A stretch of DNA of 61,659 bases, counting the filler. It is 7 parts of 7 records of this genome, joined end to end, with 100 filler letters (N's around TTAATTAATTAA, not from the genome) between each part and the next. Parts side by side here need not be neighbours in the genome. Positions count along the whole stretch, not along the records: positions 25,720 to 33,767 come from SRR31147125_19706; positions 33,868 to 40,073 come from SRR31147125_19722; positions 40,174 to 49,531 come from SRR31147125_19754; 4 more parts are not named here. One strand, written 5' to 3'. The translations under genes were made by a program, and so were the position numbers. Under the pieces are notes generated by a model. That model did not search any database. It was not told where the DNA came from and saw nothing but the letters and a program-made list of their open reading frames with translations. Below, one piece after another: positions 32,150 to 42,248 of the stretch. Within the stretch, counting starts at the first letter, position 1; each line of letters begins with the position of its first letter.

Positions 32150-33553
32150 CTAAACAGAAGCACTTTCGGGTTCAGCTTCTATCAGTACGTCTATATCGCG
32201 GCTTCTTAGTTGTTTAAATGTCATCGCAAACATAACTACCGCAAGCAATGCAATGATTATATCAATAATTGTCGAACCAATATAAACCCATCTTACACCA
32301 AACAGTCTTGGTAATATAAGCATAACAGGCACATAAAAAACTAATTGTCTTGCCATAACCATAACGCTTGCTATACCACCTTTATTGATAGCAGGGAAGA
32401 ATGTCATAGCCATAAACACAACAGGAAGCATCGGTAAAAGCGTCATAAATATACGGAAGTTATTAAGGTCAAAAGCAGTAAATACTTTCCCTGGTAGCAT
32501 TGTCCCAATTATCGCTTGAGGAAAAGCCATCATCAATGTCCAGAATGGAAGAATCATAACAACACCGGCAATACTGAAAATCTTCGCCGAGCTTATAACT
32601 CGATCATTTTTATTGGCACCAAGATTAATACCCGCAACAGGTTGTAAAGCACGCATTAAACCAAAAAGCGGTGTTAGCATTAAAGTAAATATCCTATATG
32701 CAGCACCATAAAATGCAACATCCGATGTTGTACCGTATCTTGCAAGTGCATTAAACACAACAAGTGCCTGAATAAGCGACATAACTGTCATAATCATAGA
32801 AGACATACCGTTAGATACGATAGATTTTATAATATCTTTATCACGCTCTAATTTAAAAGGATGTGCTTCAAATGTTGCTTTTCCGCTTTTAAAATATACC
32901 AGTCCTACAATTGTGTAAACAAACATACCAATGTTTGTACCCCAAGCTGCACCAACAACACCAAACCCTAATAATCCAACAAAAATGTAGTTTGCAATAA
33001 GGTTAACTCCAAGACCAACACCCATCATTGCAGCTGCCGCTTTCATCTTACCTTCTGCCCTAACTACCATATTGCAAGCAAGACCATGAACCCAAAATAT
33101 TGAACCTAGAACAGTGACTTTAAAATACTGTGTTCCAAGTGCCAGCGCTTCACCAGTTCCGCCCATAAAGCTAACCAAAGGTTCAGCAAAGAACCAAACG
33201 ATTACAGCATATGTAATGCTTATAATCAAAGATAAATAGTTTACATTACCCATGATTCTATTCTGTGTACGCTTATCACCTGCCCCTATTGCTATCGAAA
33301 GTGCAGAGCCAGCACCAACTCCAATAAGCGACCCTATACCCAAAGTAACTTGCGAAAGTGGATACGCGATCGACACACCAGCAAGTGCTGTTTCACCTAC
33401 AAACTGACCTACAAATATTGCATCAAAAACCGAATTGAGCCCATATAGTACCATAGCAATAATTGCTGGCCATGAAAGTCTAAACATTACCTTCCACATA
33501 TTTTCATTCAACATCATCATCTGTTGTTTATCTTTTGTTAATGTTTCACTCAT
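32150..33553 (-). CDS. MATE family efflux transporter
   Basis: About 12 TMs; P..IAM....NSVFDAIFVG, RAEG, GVVGAAWGT. Confidence 0.9.
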   Translation of the reverse strand: MSETLTKDKQQMMMLNENMWKVMFRLSWPAIIAMVLYGLNSVFDAIFVGQFVGETALAGVSIAYPLSQVTLGIGSLIGVGAGSALSIAIGAGDKRTQNRIMGNVNYLSLIISITYAVIVWFFAEPLVSFMGGTGEALALGTQYFKVTVLGSIFWVHGLACNMVVRAEGKMKAAAAMMGVGLGVNLIANYIFVGLLGFGVVGAAWGTNIGMFVYTIVGLVYFKSGKATFEAHPFKLERDKDIIKSIVSNGMSSMIMTVMSLIQALVVFNALARYGTTSDVAFYGAAYRIFTLMLTPLFGLMRALQPVAGINLGANKNDRVISSAKIFSIAGVVMILPFWTLMMAFPQAIIGTMLPGKVFTAFDLNNFRIFMTLLPMLPVVFMAMTFFPAINKGGIASVMVMARQLVFYVPVMLILPRLFGVRWVYIGSTIIDIIIALLAVVMFAMTFKQLRSRDIDVLIEAEPESASV

Positions 33554-33574
33554 AATTATCCTCCATTTGTTTTT

Positions 33575-33590
33575 ATTAGCATGCGCTAAC
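33575..33590. promoter_or_regulatory. Putative DtxR-type operator upstream of the MATE gene
   Basis: ATTAGCATGCGCTAAC, the same TTAGC-N4-GCTAA core as the feo boxes. Confidence 0.6.
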
Positions 33591-33651
33591 TTACGCCGCT
33601 ATTGTTTGACCTGCAAATTGCAGATCTTTTATTTACTGAACATTATATTAC

Positions 33652-33767
33652 TCAAATATCCTTCATCCACTCCGTTTTATTCAAGTTATTCCATTTAGAA
33701 AAATAAGCATATTTAAACTTGAAAAATGCAGGTCCCATGTCAAAAAAACCTGCACTTTCAATGTACT
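33652..33767 (-). CDS. Possible 3' end of an unidentified gene cut by the contig edge
   Basis: Open frame YIESAGFFDMGPAFFKFKYAYFSKWNNLNKTEWMKDI-stop; family not recognised. Confidence 0.3.
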
Positions 33768-33867
33768 NNNNNNNNNNNNNNNNNNNNNNNNNNNNNNNNN
33801 NNNNNNNNNNNTTAATTAATTAANNNNNNNNNNNNNNNNNNNNNNNNNNNNNNNNNNNNNNNNNNNN
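33768..33867. other. Artificial contig linker
   Basis: N44-TTAATTAATTAA-N44. Confidence 0.98.
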
Positions 33868-35763
33868 TTTTCTCTTTGCATTATCGACAAAAAACTCTCC
33901 ATCCCAGGACTGTTTCTTGATCACGGCACGAATTTTTTCGGCGTCAGATATTAATTCAGGTAATTTGTACATTTTTCCGGCTGCTTCCAACGCACTGGCG
34001 TAAAGCATATTGCTGGGATAGTTCACGTCCTGGACAAAATCATTGGCCTTTGACCACTCAACAAAAACCCAGCTCTCCAGGTTTTCCAGCAATCCATCCT
34101 CATTATGGAACTTTTCAAAATAAGTAAACAGGTCCCGAACTCTAGGTTCTAATGCGTCTACCAGTTCTCTATCACCACTTCGTTCCTGATACTCTTGCAG
34201 TTGCAGCACAAACCATAATGCCCAATTGGGAATAAATACGCCATCATTATGATCAGCAGGATAACACATGGGAAGCATACCTGCAGGCAAATGGGCGAAT
34301 TGTTTGGGTAAAAGATAATTTTCAAAAAAATTCTTTTCAACAGCTGTTTCCCCACCCAAATCAAAGCCAACACGGGATGTAAAATAACTATCACACAACC
34401 AGCCAGCTCTTTCCCGACTTGGGCAATCCATAAAAATATCTACTGCATTCTGACGATATGTTTCACGTCCGGCATTAAAAAGCTTATTCAAGCGTTTGTC
34501 GCTGCTGGCAAATTGTGCTTCCCACACATCCGGGTTGGTATATTCGCGCAAAAAGAGATTCTCCACCTCACACTCTCCCTCCACAACAATCAACTTGAGA
34601 TAACGCAGCGTATAGGGCTCGATGGATTCAACCTGGTATGTCCCGGCAGACAAGTTATATTTAACCGCACTCACAATACTCAATCTCTTAAAATCAACAT
34701 CACCTTCCCGAAGGATTTCATCAAAAGTAAAATATAGTCGCGTATCTTTTTGACAGGTAATGGTAGCACCTATAAATCCGGTATAATTCGTACCAAAATC
34801 GACAATATGAAAGGATTTTTCTGCCAATTCTATCTTTTCGTCTAACGACAATGGCTTGTTAATTTTAGAAATGGAACTATTCGTTATCTTTTCTACCTCA
34901 TAAGAGGTGACAAACTCCAGTTCCTCCTCCTTATATCCTTTAAACGCAGGCCCAATTTTGGTCAGGGCTCTGTCTCGCCACGGCTTTTCAATTTTTTCAC
35001 TTTGCTCAACGCGCCCCTCTGCAACATCCCATACAGGCCGCTTTACGGCAAAGCGGGGATAAGGAATCCCTCTGGAAAGAAGTTTTTTTGATCCTTGCAC
35101 ACGACAGGTAACCTCTTCAATTGCTGTCCCAATATCACGTCTCCACTGATCATATCCGGTTTGCAGTCGATAATTCTCAGTGAAGGTACGTTGAAAACTG
35201 TAACGCTGCACCTTTTGTACACGTTCTTTCAGGATGTGAGCTTTGAAATCTGTATTCGTTTCACCAGTAAAAGCAAGCACTCTGTTTTCAGATACGACTT
35301 CTGCCTGTAAAAAGGATGGCTGGTCCAGTAAATAATAACTGTTAACGTTATATCCGGCCACTTCTATGGCGATCACATTATTACCAGATTTGAGAAAAGA
35401 AGCCAGATCCCATTCATCCACACGATAATAATCGTGTGGACCACGAGCCGGTCCGTGTCCGCAAAATTCGCCGTTGATGAAAACTCTGTACAAGGATGAT
35501 GCTGTGAGGCGTAATGTTATTGGCTGTTCTTTGGAGGCCTGAACAGCTGTCCGAAAGCCAACGAATAAATTCATTTCTTCTTCCCGACCATCCGGCCAGA
35601 TTGGTTTAGCCGCTTTAAAGGGTGTGTTATTTATATGCATACCCACAGAAACCTTTACCGAACTTTTTTCTTTTTGTTTATTCACGACCTGACTATTGCC
35701 TTCCAATGACAGAATAACAAACATGATAAAAACAGTAATGAACGCGAAAACGCTTTTCTTCAT
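33868..35763 (-). CDS. Secreted alpha-L-rhamnosidase-like glycoside hydrolase (GH78-related), 3' truncated
   Basis: Signal peptide; YRVFING...GPAR, DFG, MDCPSRERAGWLCD, FVEW. Confidence 0.75.
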
Positions 35764-35814
35764 TTGATTCTTCTCCGCAAAAATAAATGTGCTGCCAGTT
35801 AATTTAAAATCCGT

Positions 35815-37653
35815 TTAATTTGAATTCAACTCTACAATCTTTTGAGCCAGGATTTCTCTCGCTTTATAATAAGCATTTACATCATGAGAATAATTCCACC
35901 AATCAGGGCAAACCTGATCCATGGTTTTCCTGACAAATTCTTTTTGTCCTTTTTGCTCCAACAAAATAAAATATTCATAGTCTTCAAGACCTTCACGCAG
36001 GTTCTTTAAACGAATGGATGTAACCGGCCCATCGATGCCGGCATCCTTGCCAGGATAAAAGAGGAGTCCTCCACCGTTATAGTATCGGCCTTGAAACGCC
36101 GACGGATCATCGCTATAGTAAGACACACCATAAGGTCCAAAAACTGGTTCTGTCCACGGATCATTATCCTGGTACCAATTTACAGATGTCCAGTAGAGCA
36201 ATCCCTTGATATTATACTGCCAGTTTATCCAAAGTGGAATTCTATACACCATCACAGGCTGATCGATATGCCAATAAGGTGGATTCTTTTCTTTTAATAA
36301 CTCATAGTCCGGATGGTAGGGTGGCGCAGGTTGCACCAGTGCTGTATACGACCACACTTGATCCCCGTTCTTTATTTTTTCCTGAATCGTTTCACGATCA
36401 ATAAAGCCAAATAAAGGGCACCAGATATCTATTATGGCATCCAGATCAGGCCAGGACGGGTTATGTTTGTAGGTTTGCTCGACAACCAGACATTTTAATT
36501 GCGGCACAGCCTCTTTGACAACCGTCCCAAGGTTAATAACCTGCTGATAATCTTTAATCGAATTCGGTTCATCAAGCATATACAAATAGGCGCGCTCTTC
36601 CCAACCGTTCTCTTTGAGATAGTGATAATACTCACGGTAATATCGTTTTGTTTTTTCAATGGCAACTGGATCGGTTTGATTTGCCGGAGTGGGACGCGGA
36701 CTATTGGATGTACTGGTCATGAACCTTGCCCTTGGCACCTCAAAATCCTTTAAACGAGTATCCTGAATGTATTTCTTCAATTTTGCATGCCGTGAAGGGA
36801 CAATCGTCAAAGATCCATCCTCATTGACTTTAGGTAAAAGACTATGAGGCAAAGGTGGATTGATTCGATGCTCAGCCAACGCCTTGCAAAACCGTAATTC
36901 AATGTTCTGATATTTTTCCGACTCTCTGTCGATTCCCCACACGGAGGCAATTCTCGAAAAATGTCCAAAATGAGTCCGGTGAGTAGCTGTCTCTGGCAAC
37001 GTAAAATCCCAGACAGTCAATGTTATCGGGATCTCTGCTGAGATATCTCTGGCTGCTGTCATCTTAAAAGTCCCGGTATAGGTTCCGGCAGGTGTGTCAT
37101 TAGGAACATATATATCTACCCAGATGGATTGATTCTGACCGGCAAAGACATTAATAGGCTGCGCGCTGAATTTCGCGCCTTCAAAAGTAAGCCCCTGCGG
37201 TCCTCGAATACTGCGCATGGCAGGAATAGATTCTCCGGTATAGGGATTATTAAAAGGCATCAACGGATCAGGATAAAGCCCGGGTGGGCGCGACGCCTTT
37301 GGAGAAGAATTTCGCACCTGAATATATTTGGGCCGATATAAAGTCATATTATCTCGACCAATTATTCCGTTTTCACCAGATAGATCAGATATCTCAACCA
37401 CGACATTATGCAAAGCCTGATTACGTGCAGCAATAATGACGACTTGAAAAGCTTCGTACTCATTTTTAGCTGCTTTTATTTCAACAGCCTCCGCTCCATT
37501 CACCTGCTCATAAGGTTTTATTCTTTGCATAGAGTTGACTGCCCGTAGTTGCAATGATCCTTTTGATTTTTTATCACAGGCACTCCACCCGGTAATCAAA
37601 AAACAGACAGCAACAATAACAAGCAAAAAGCCAGTATTCCTCTTGATTTTCAC
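35815..37653 (-). CDS. DUF4091-domain (GH123-like) glycoside hydrolase lipoprotein
   Basis: Lipobox WSA-C; AAKNEYEAFQ, WVDIYVP, TVWDFTLP, DEP, GLLYW, LFYPG, SIRLKNLREGLEDYEY. Confidence 0.75.
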   Translation of the reverse strand: MKIKRNTGFLLVIVAVCFLITGWSACDKKSKGSLQLRAVNSMQRIKPYEQVNGAEAVEIKAAKNEYEAFQVVIIAARNQALHNVVVEISDLSGENGIIGRDNMTLYRPKYIQVRNSSPKASRPPGLYPDPLMPFNNPYTGESIPAMRSIRGPQGLTFEGAKFSAQPINVFAGQNQSIWVDIYVPNDTPAGTYTGTFKMTAARDISAEIPITLTVWDFTLPETATHRTHFGHFSRIASVWGIDRESEKYQNIELRFCKALAEHRINPPLPHSLLPKVNEDGSLTIVPSRHAKLKKYIQDTRLKDFEVPRARFMTSTSNSPRPTPANQTDPVAIEKTKRYYREYYHYLKENGWEERAYLYMLDEPNSIKDYQQVINLGTVVKEAVPQLKCLVVEQTYKHNPSWPDLDAIIDIWCPLFGFIDRETIQEKIKNGDQVWSYTALVQPAPPYHPDYELLKEKNPPYWHIDQPVMVYRIPLWINWQYNIKGLLYWTSVNWYQDNDPWTEPVFGPYGVSYYSDDPSAFQGRYYNGGGLLFYPGKDAGIDGPVTSIRLKNLREGLEDYEYFILLEQKGQKEFVRKTMDQVCPDWWNYSHDVNAYYKAREILAQKIVELNSN

Positions 37654-37720
37654 AAAAACCTCCCATTTTTACATGTCTTGAAAAGCAAGGTGTTGGAATC
37701 GTTATTTAACAATGTTATCT

Positions 37721-39679
37721 TTACCGAACTAAATTATTTGTGCCAAACAGTCTATTAAGAGCATGATTGGCAACCCGAACAACATATTTGTTCTCCTTAT
37801 CTTCCAATGCTTTTTTCAAATCTTCCACAGCCGGCCGGGCTTTTTCTCCAAGGCCATCAAGTGTAATGGCTGCGTTTAAACGCACCCATTCAAATGGACT
37901 CTTTAGTTCCTGCATTAATACGGGTAAAGCTCTCGATTCGACATTCATAAGGCAGAGTCCACGCGCCGCTGCTACGCGCACGCATGGAGATTTGTCATTA
38001 AGAGCCATAGTGAGAATAGTGGCTGCTGATGTCCCATCTGGCCCTAGATTTCCCAGGCCAATCGCTGCCCAGTAGCGGACAGAGGCATACTCATCCATTA
38101 ATGCAGATGTCAAATCAGAAAGATTTTCTTTGTCCTGATCTGCAGCGATAACAGCAACTTTTTGCAATCGACTCATAAATAATTCACTATTTTCCTGTCG
38201 TAAAATAGCGTAACGGTTACCATACTTCTTTTCCAGTTCAACGAGTTCCGGTTCAGGTATCAATCCCAGATCTTTCGTTTCAAGCATCCATTCGAGATGA
38301 GCTTTGCGCATTCTTTCGAGTATGTGCCCACATTTTGGATCTGCAGCCAGATTAAGAACCTCATGTGGATCCTTTTTCAGATCATACAGTTCTTCAACGG
38401 GCTTGGTCGCTGCCATAAAAATTCTGGCTTCCGGGGGTAATTTGTTTGAGTTACTCGCTCGGCGAATTTCTTTCATAATCGGGCCTTTTTCAGCTGATTG
38501 TATATACTGATAATAAGGTTTGAATGGCTCATAATTACGCACATAACGATAGCGTTTATCCCGCACGGTACGTATGATATCATATCGCTCATCCATACGA
38601 TCCCGCGCTCCATAAATATATTCTCGTCCGGCAGGAATATTGAATCCAACAAAAGGCTGGCCCTGCATATAATCCGGTATTCGTATGCCGGCAAGGTTCA
38701 GGACTGTTTCGGCAAAATCAATCGAACTTACCAAACGATTTTCCTTTGAGCCTGGCTTTGCCTGACCTTTAATACGAAATTTCCTGGGTATTCTCACGAT
38801 TAATGGTATATGGGTGCCCGAATCATAAATCCAGCGTTTTGCCCGCGGCATACCTACGCCGTGATCAGACCAGAAAAAGACAATGGTATCGTCAGCAACA
38901 CCCTCATCTTCCAGTTCCTGCAATTTGTCAGCAATCCAATAGTCCATGACTGTAATGAGCTCATAATAACGCGCCCAATAGTCACGGGTAACAGGTGTAT
39001 CCGGATAATAGGGTGGTAACTTTAATTTGTTTGGATCTTGCCTCTGAGAAGATTTTAATCTTTTTGTTCGTTCCATTCTCGCTTCTTCGTTCAACCGGAT
39101 TGATCCCTCATGAGTCCCACCATAGTTAAAAACAGCAAAAAATGGTTGTAGCTTGTTCGGCCGATTTCGCCAGTGTGCTTGTTTACTTGATTCATCCCAT
39201 GCTGACTCGGGTGTGTTAAAACTATAATCCTCTTTATAGTTATTGGTACAATAATAGCCATTTTTACGTAAATACTCCGGGAAGCATTTAATTTCAGAGG
39301 GGATCGCTGGTTTGAGCGATCGCTCAACCCCTTCGCCTCCGGCGCGCATATGGTGCGTGCCAAGGGTAGAAGCATATACACCGGTTATGATACAGGATCG
39401 TGTGGGAGCACATACTCCGGCTGTCGTAAATGCGTTACGATAAAGGACTCCCTGCTTTGCAAATTTATCCAAAGTCGGAGTTTTTGCATTTGGATCGCCG
39501 TAACACCGCAAATGCGGACAGATATCCTCGCAAGAGAGCCATATGATATTTGGCCGTTTGAATTTTCGGTTGACCGCTATATCTTTTGCAAATATGTTTG
39601 TCGAAACAGGTAAAGACGCTGTCGCCAGTCCTGCAACTTTTAAAAAAGAGCGGCGACTATAATCTAATCCGTCCATCAA
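37721..39679 (-). CDS. TAT-exported formylglycine sulfatase with C-terminal HEAT repeats
   Basis: SRRSFLK twin-arginine motif, RPNI, CAPTR, SDHG, ELYDL..DPHE; repeats VRYWAA/VRVAAA/VRLNAA. Confidence 0.9.
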   Translation of the reverse strand: MMDGLDYSRRSFLKVAGLATASLPVSTNIFAKDIAVNRKFKRPNIIWLSCEDICPHLRCYGDPNAKTPTLDKFAKQGVLYRNAFTTAGVCAPTRSCIITGVYASTLGTHHMRAGGEGVERSLKPAIPSEIKCFPEYLRKNGYYCTNNYKEDYSFNTPESAWDESSKQAHWRNRPNKLQPFFAVFNYGGTHEGSIRLNEEARMERTKRLKSSQRQDPNKLKLPPYYPDTPVTRDYWARYYELITVMDYWIADKLQELEDEGVADDTIVFFWSDHGVGMPRAKRWIYDSGTHIPLIVRIPRKFRIKGQAKPGSKENRLVSSIDFAETVLNLAGIRIPDYMQGQPFVGFNIPAGREYIYGARDRMDERYDIIRTVRDKRYRYVRNYEPFKPYYQYIQSAEKGPIMKEIRRASNSNKLPPEARIFMAATKPVEELYDLKKDPHEVLNLAADPKCGHILERMRKAHLEWMLETKDLGLIPEPELVELEKKYGNRYAILRQENSELFMSRLQKVAVIAADQDKENLSDLTSALMDEYASVRYWAAIGLGNLGPDGTSAATILTMALNDKSPCVRVAAARGLCLMNVESRALPVLMQELKSPFEWVRLNAAITLDGLGEKARPAVEDLKKALEDKENKYVVRVANHALNRLFGTNNLVR

Positions 39680-39894
39680 TTATTCTCCATAATAAAATAG
39701 GTTGTTATTTTAAAAGTGTAATATCCAATCGGGTTTACTCCGTATGCCTGAATAACAAGCAAATTACAATCATTCACAAATATAATAGAATAAAAGCAAA
39801 ATTGAACGAATAAACCAGCTCAAAATAGGTCAAATTTATTTTTATCTAAAATGAAAATATGGACCTTAATTTGTGGATATATTTAGTGTTTGCC

Positions 39895-40073
39895 TTAAAT
39901 AGTTATGTGTGATTCTTTACCTGCCTTGACAACAATGTCAACATCGATCTCTTTTTTCTCTGCCAAATGTGTTAGAACGACTTTTTGAACCGCCAATTCG
40001 CCTTCTATCATGCTTATAGTGAGTCCATTCCCTGTCAATTCAATTGTTCCAAATCCTGTAGCCGACGAAAAAA
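39895..40073 (-). CDS. 3' end of a probable glycoside hydrolase (GH116-like C-terminus), cut by the contig edge
   Basis: Open frame FSSATGFGTIELTGNGLTISMIEGELAVQKV...ITI-stop. Confidence 0.4.
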
Positions 40074-40173
40074 NNNNNNNNNNNNNNNNNNNNNNNNNNN
40101 NNNNNNNNNNNNNNNNNTTAATTAATTAANNNNNNNNNNNNNNNNNNNNNNNNNNNNNNNNNNNNNNNNNNNN
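40074..40173. other. Artificial contig linker
   Basis: N44-TTAATTAATTAA-N44. Confidence 0.98.
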
Positions 40174-40474
40174 TCATATGATTAAAATTGTCTATTTATA
40201 AGGCATCATATGGAAGTCGCATGCTAACAATGTCCTTCGGGGCCAAGTATTTCCATGCGACTTTCATGGATGTTATTATTTCAGGAAACAAAACTAATAA
40301 TCAGGTATTCATTTTTACTTACAAAATTGTACACATTAGTACTAAATTTATACAATGAAAATCTCGGGAAGCCTGTTCTTTCTATATTTCTCGCCAAATT
40401 AGCTTGCAATGTACTTTGTATATATTCACCCGAATAATGAACAATTAAACACCTCATTAAAATTACAAGAATTG

Positions 40475-40482
40475 TACTTTTG
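40475..40482 (+). promoter_or_regulatory. Possible Bacteroidota -7 promoter element
   Basis: TACTTTTG fits TAnnTTTG about 65 bp upstream of the sulfatase; no clear -33 TTTG. Confidence 0.35.
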
Positions 40483-40545
40483 TATTGATGCTACGGATTA
40501 ATCCGCGTGCTTCATGCAATCGATTGTTTAAAGCTAAATTATAAA

Positions 40546-42075
40546 ATGATGCAATACCTGAAACTAACTTTAGCAGCACTCTTTTTTGCAGTGCTTTCTA
40601 TTTCGTGCCAACAAAAACAAAACACCGACGACACACGTCCCAATGTAATTTACATTTTCCCCGACCAGTACAGAAGTTACAGTCTTGGCTTTTGGCAGCA
40701 AAGCGATAACGCAAAACACATTCAGGGAAAACCCGACCCGGTTTCAACACCGAATCTCGATAAATTTGCCAACGAAGGAGTGGTTTTCAGCCGTGCAGTA
40801 AGTAATTTTCCACTTTGTAGTCCGTACCGCGGAATGTTACTTTCGGGAATGTACCCCGATAACAATGGACTAACTTCCAACTGCCGCGCCGACCGCGATG
40901 TACAGCTAAAATCCGATGCTACTTGTATTACCGATGTTTTTGCAGAATCGGGTTACCATGTGGCCTATTTTGGTAAATGCCACTGGCAAAAAACAGAAAA
41001 ACTTTTCGATAAAGACGGCAATTATGTGGGCAGTTTGGAAGAACCGGGCGGAAACCTTTTAAACCGCTACGATACTTACGTTCCACCGGGTGCCGACCGC
41101 CATGGAATCCACTACTTTTTCCAGGCCTTAAAAGACGAGCATTTTAACCCGCGTGTTTTCTCGAACGATCCGGGAGCTATTGAAGGCAAAAAAGACGGAG
41201 AATTGTACATGCCTCATCGTTTTTCTGCAGAAATTGAATCGGAAAAAATTATTGAATACCTCGACAATACCCGTGGCCAGCGCGATACCGACAAACCATT
41301 TTTTATGATGTGGGCCTTGAATCCACCACATAATCCCTGGACAGAGGAAAGTACCTACATGGAATTTTACGACCAATACACCGACAACGGCGTGGTTAAA
41401 CTGGACAAACTACTTACCCACAATAATGCTGTTCCCGAAGAAGGCGATTATGCGGCCTATTATTTTGCTAATGTAAGTGCGGTTGACCATTTTATTGGTA
41501 AAGTATTGGATAAACTTGAAGAGCTTAATTTGGATGATAACACATTGATTGTCTTCTCGTCGGACCACGGCGAAATGCTTGGGAGCCATGGCCACCAAGG
41601 CAAACCTTATCCTGAGACCGAAGCCTTTAACATTCCGTTTATAGTAAAATGGGGCGATAAATTAAAACACCGGGTTGAAGATTTAATTTTAAGTGCACCC
41701 GATGTTATGCCTACAATTCTGGCACTTACCGGGCTCGAAGAACAAATTCCGGCTGAGGTTCAGGGAACAAATTATGCCGATGTAATTGCAAATCCAAACT
41801 CAAATCAGGAAAAACCAAAATCGGCATTGTACATCGATTTTAAATCTCGTGGTGTGTATACCGGCAATCAAACATTAGTTGTGCTGAATAAAGATGGTGT
41901 AACCGAAGTTTATGGCTACGACAATATTAAAGACCCGAATCAATTGAACCGTATTCCTTATGCTGAACTTGAGAACGGACCAAAACTAAAAGCCGAACTG
42001 GAACGCCTGTTAATAGCCACCGGCGACAAGTGGGCTACTGATAAGATTTGTGCGGATTTTTTGAAATATAACTAA
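40546..42075 (+). CDS. Lipoprotein sulfatase (S1 family)
   Basis: Lipobox SIS-C, RPNV, CSPYR, GKCHW, NPPHNP, SDHGE. Confidence 0.9.
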   Translation: MMQYLKLTLAALFFAVLSISCQQKQNTDDTRPNVIYIFPDQYRSYSLGFWQQSDNAKHIQGKPDPVSTPNLDKFANEGVVFSRAVSNFPLCSPYRGMLLSGMYPDNNGLTSNCRADRDVQLKSDATCITDVFAESGYHVAYFGKCHWQKTEKLFDKDGNYVGSLEEPGGNLLNRYDTYVPPGADRHGIHYFFQALKDEHFNPRVFSNDPGAIEGKKDGELYMPHRFSAEIESEKIIEYLDNTRGQRDTDKPFFMMWALNPPHNPWTEESTYMEFYDQYTDNGVVKLDKLLTHNNAVPEEGDYAAYYFANVSAVDHFIGKVLDKLEELNLDDNTLIVFSSDHGEMLGSHGHQGKPYPETEAFNIPFIVKWGDKLKHRVEDLILSAPDVMPTILALTGLEEQIPAEVQGTNYADVIANPNSNQEKPKSALYIDFKSRGVYTGNQTLVVLNKDGVTEVYGYDNIKDPNQLNRIPYAELENGPKLKAELERLLIATGDKWATDKICADFLKYN

Positions 42076-42084
42076 AACATTCTC

Positions 42085-42220
42085 TACCCCTTTGCCTGTC
42101 GGCATTTCCCCTCACGAGGGGAAACAGCTGTCAATGAAGTCTGTGGGCATAAACTAAGGTAAGCAGCTACATCAAGGCATGTTTCCCTTTTTAAGGAAAC
42201 TCCCGACAGGGTAAAGGGTA
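42085..42220. repeat. REPIN/MITE-like element: about 43-bp imperfect inverted repeats, each with an internal hairpin
   Basis: Left TACCCCTTTGCCTGTCGGCATTTCCCCTCACGAGGGGAAAC versus reverse complement of the right end TACCCTTTACCCTGTCGGGAGTTTCCTTAAAAAGGGAAAC. Confidence 0.6.
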
Positions 42221-42248
42221 TATAAACCTAGATAAGAAAACGAATAAT

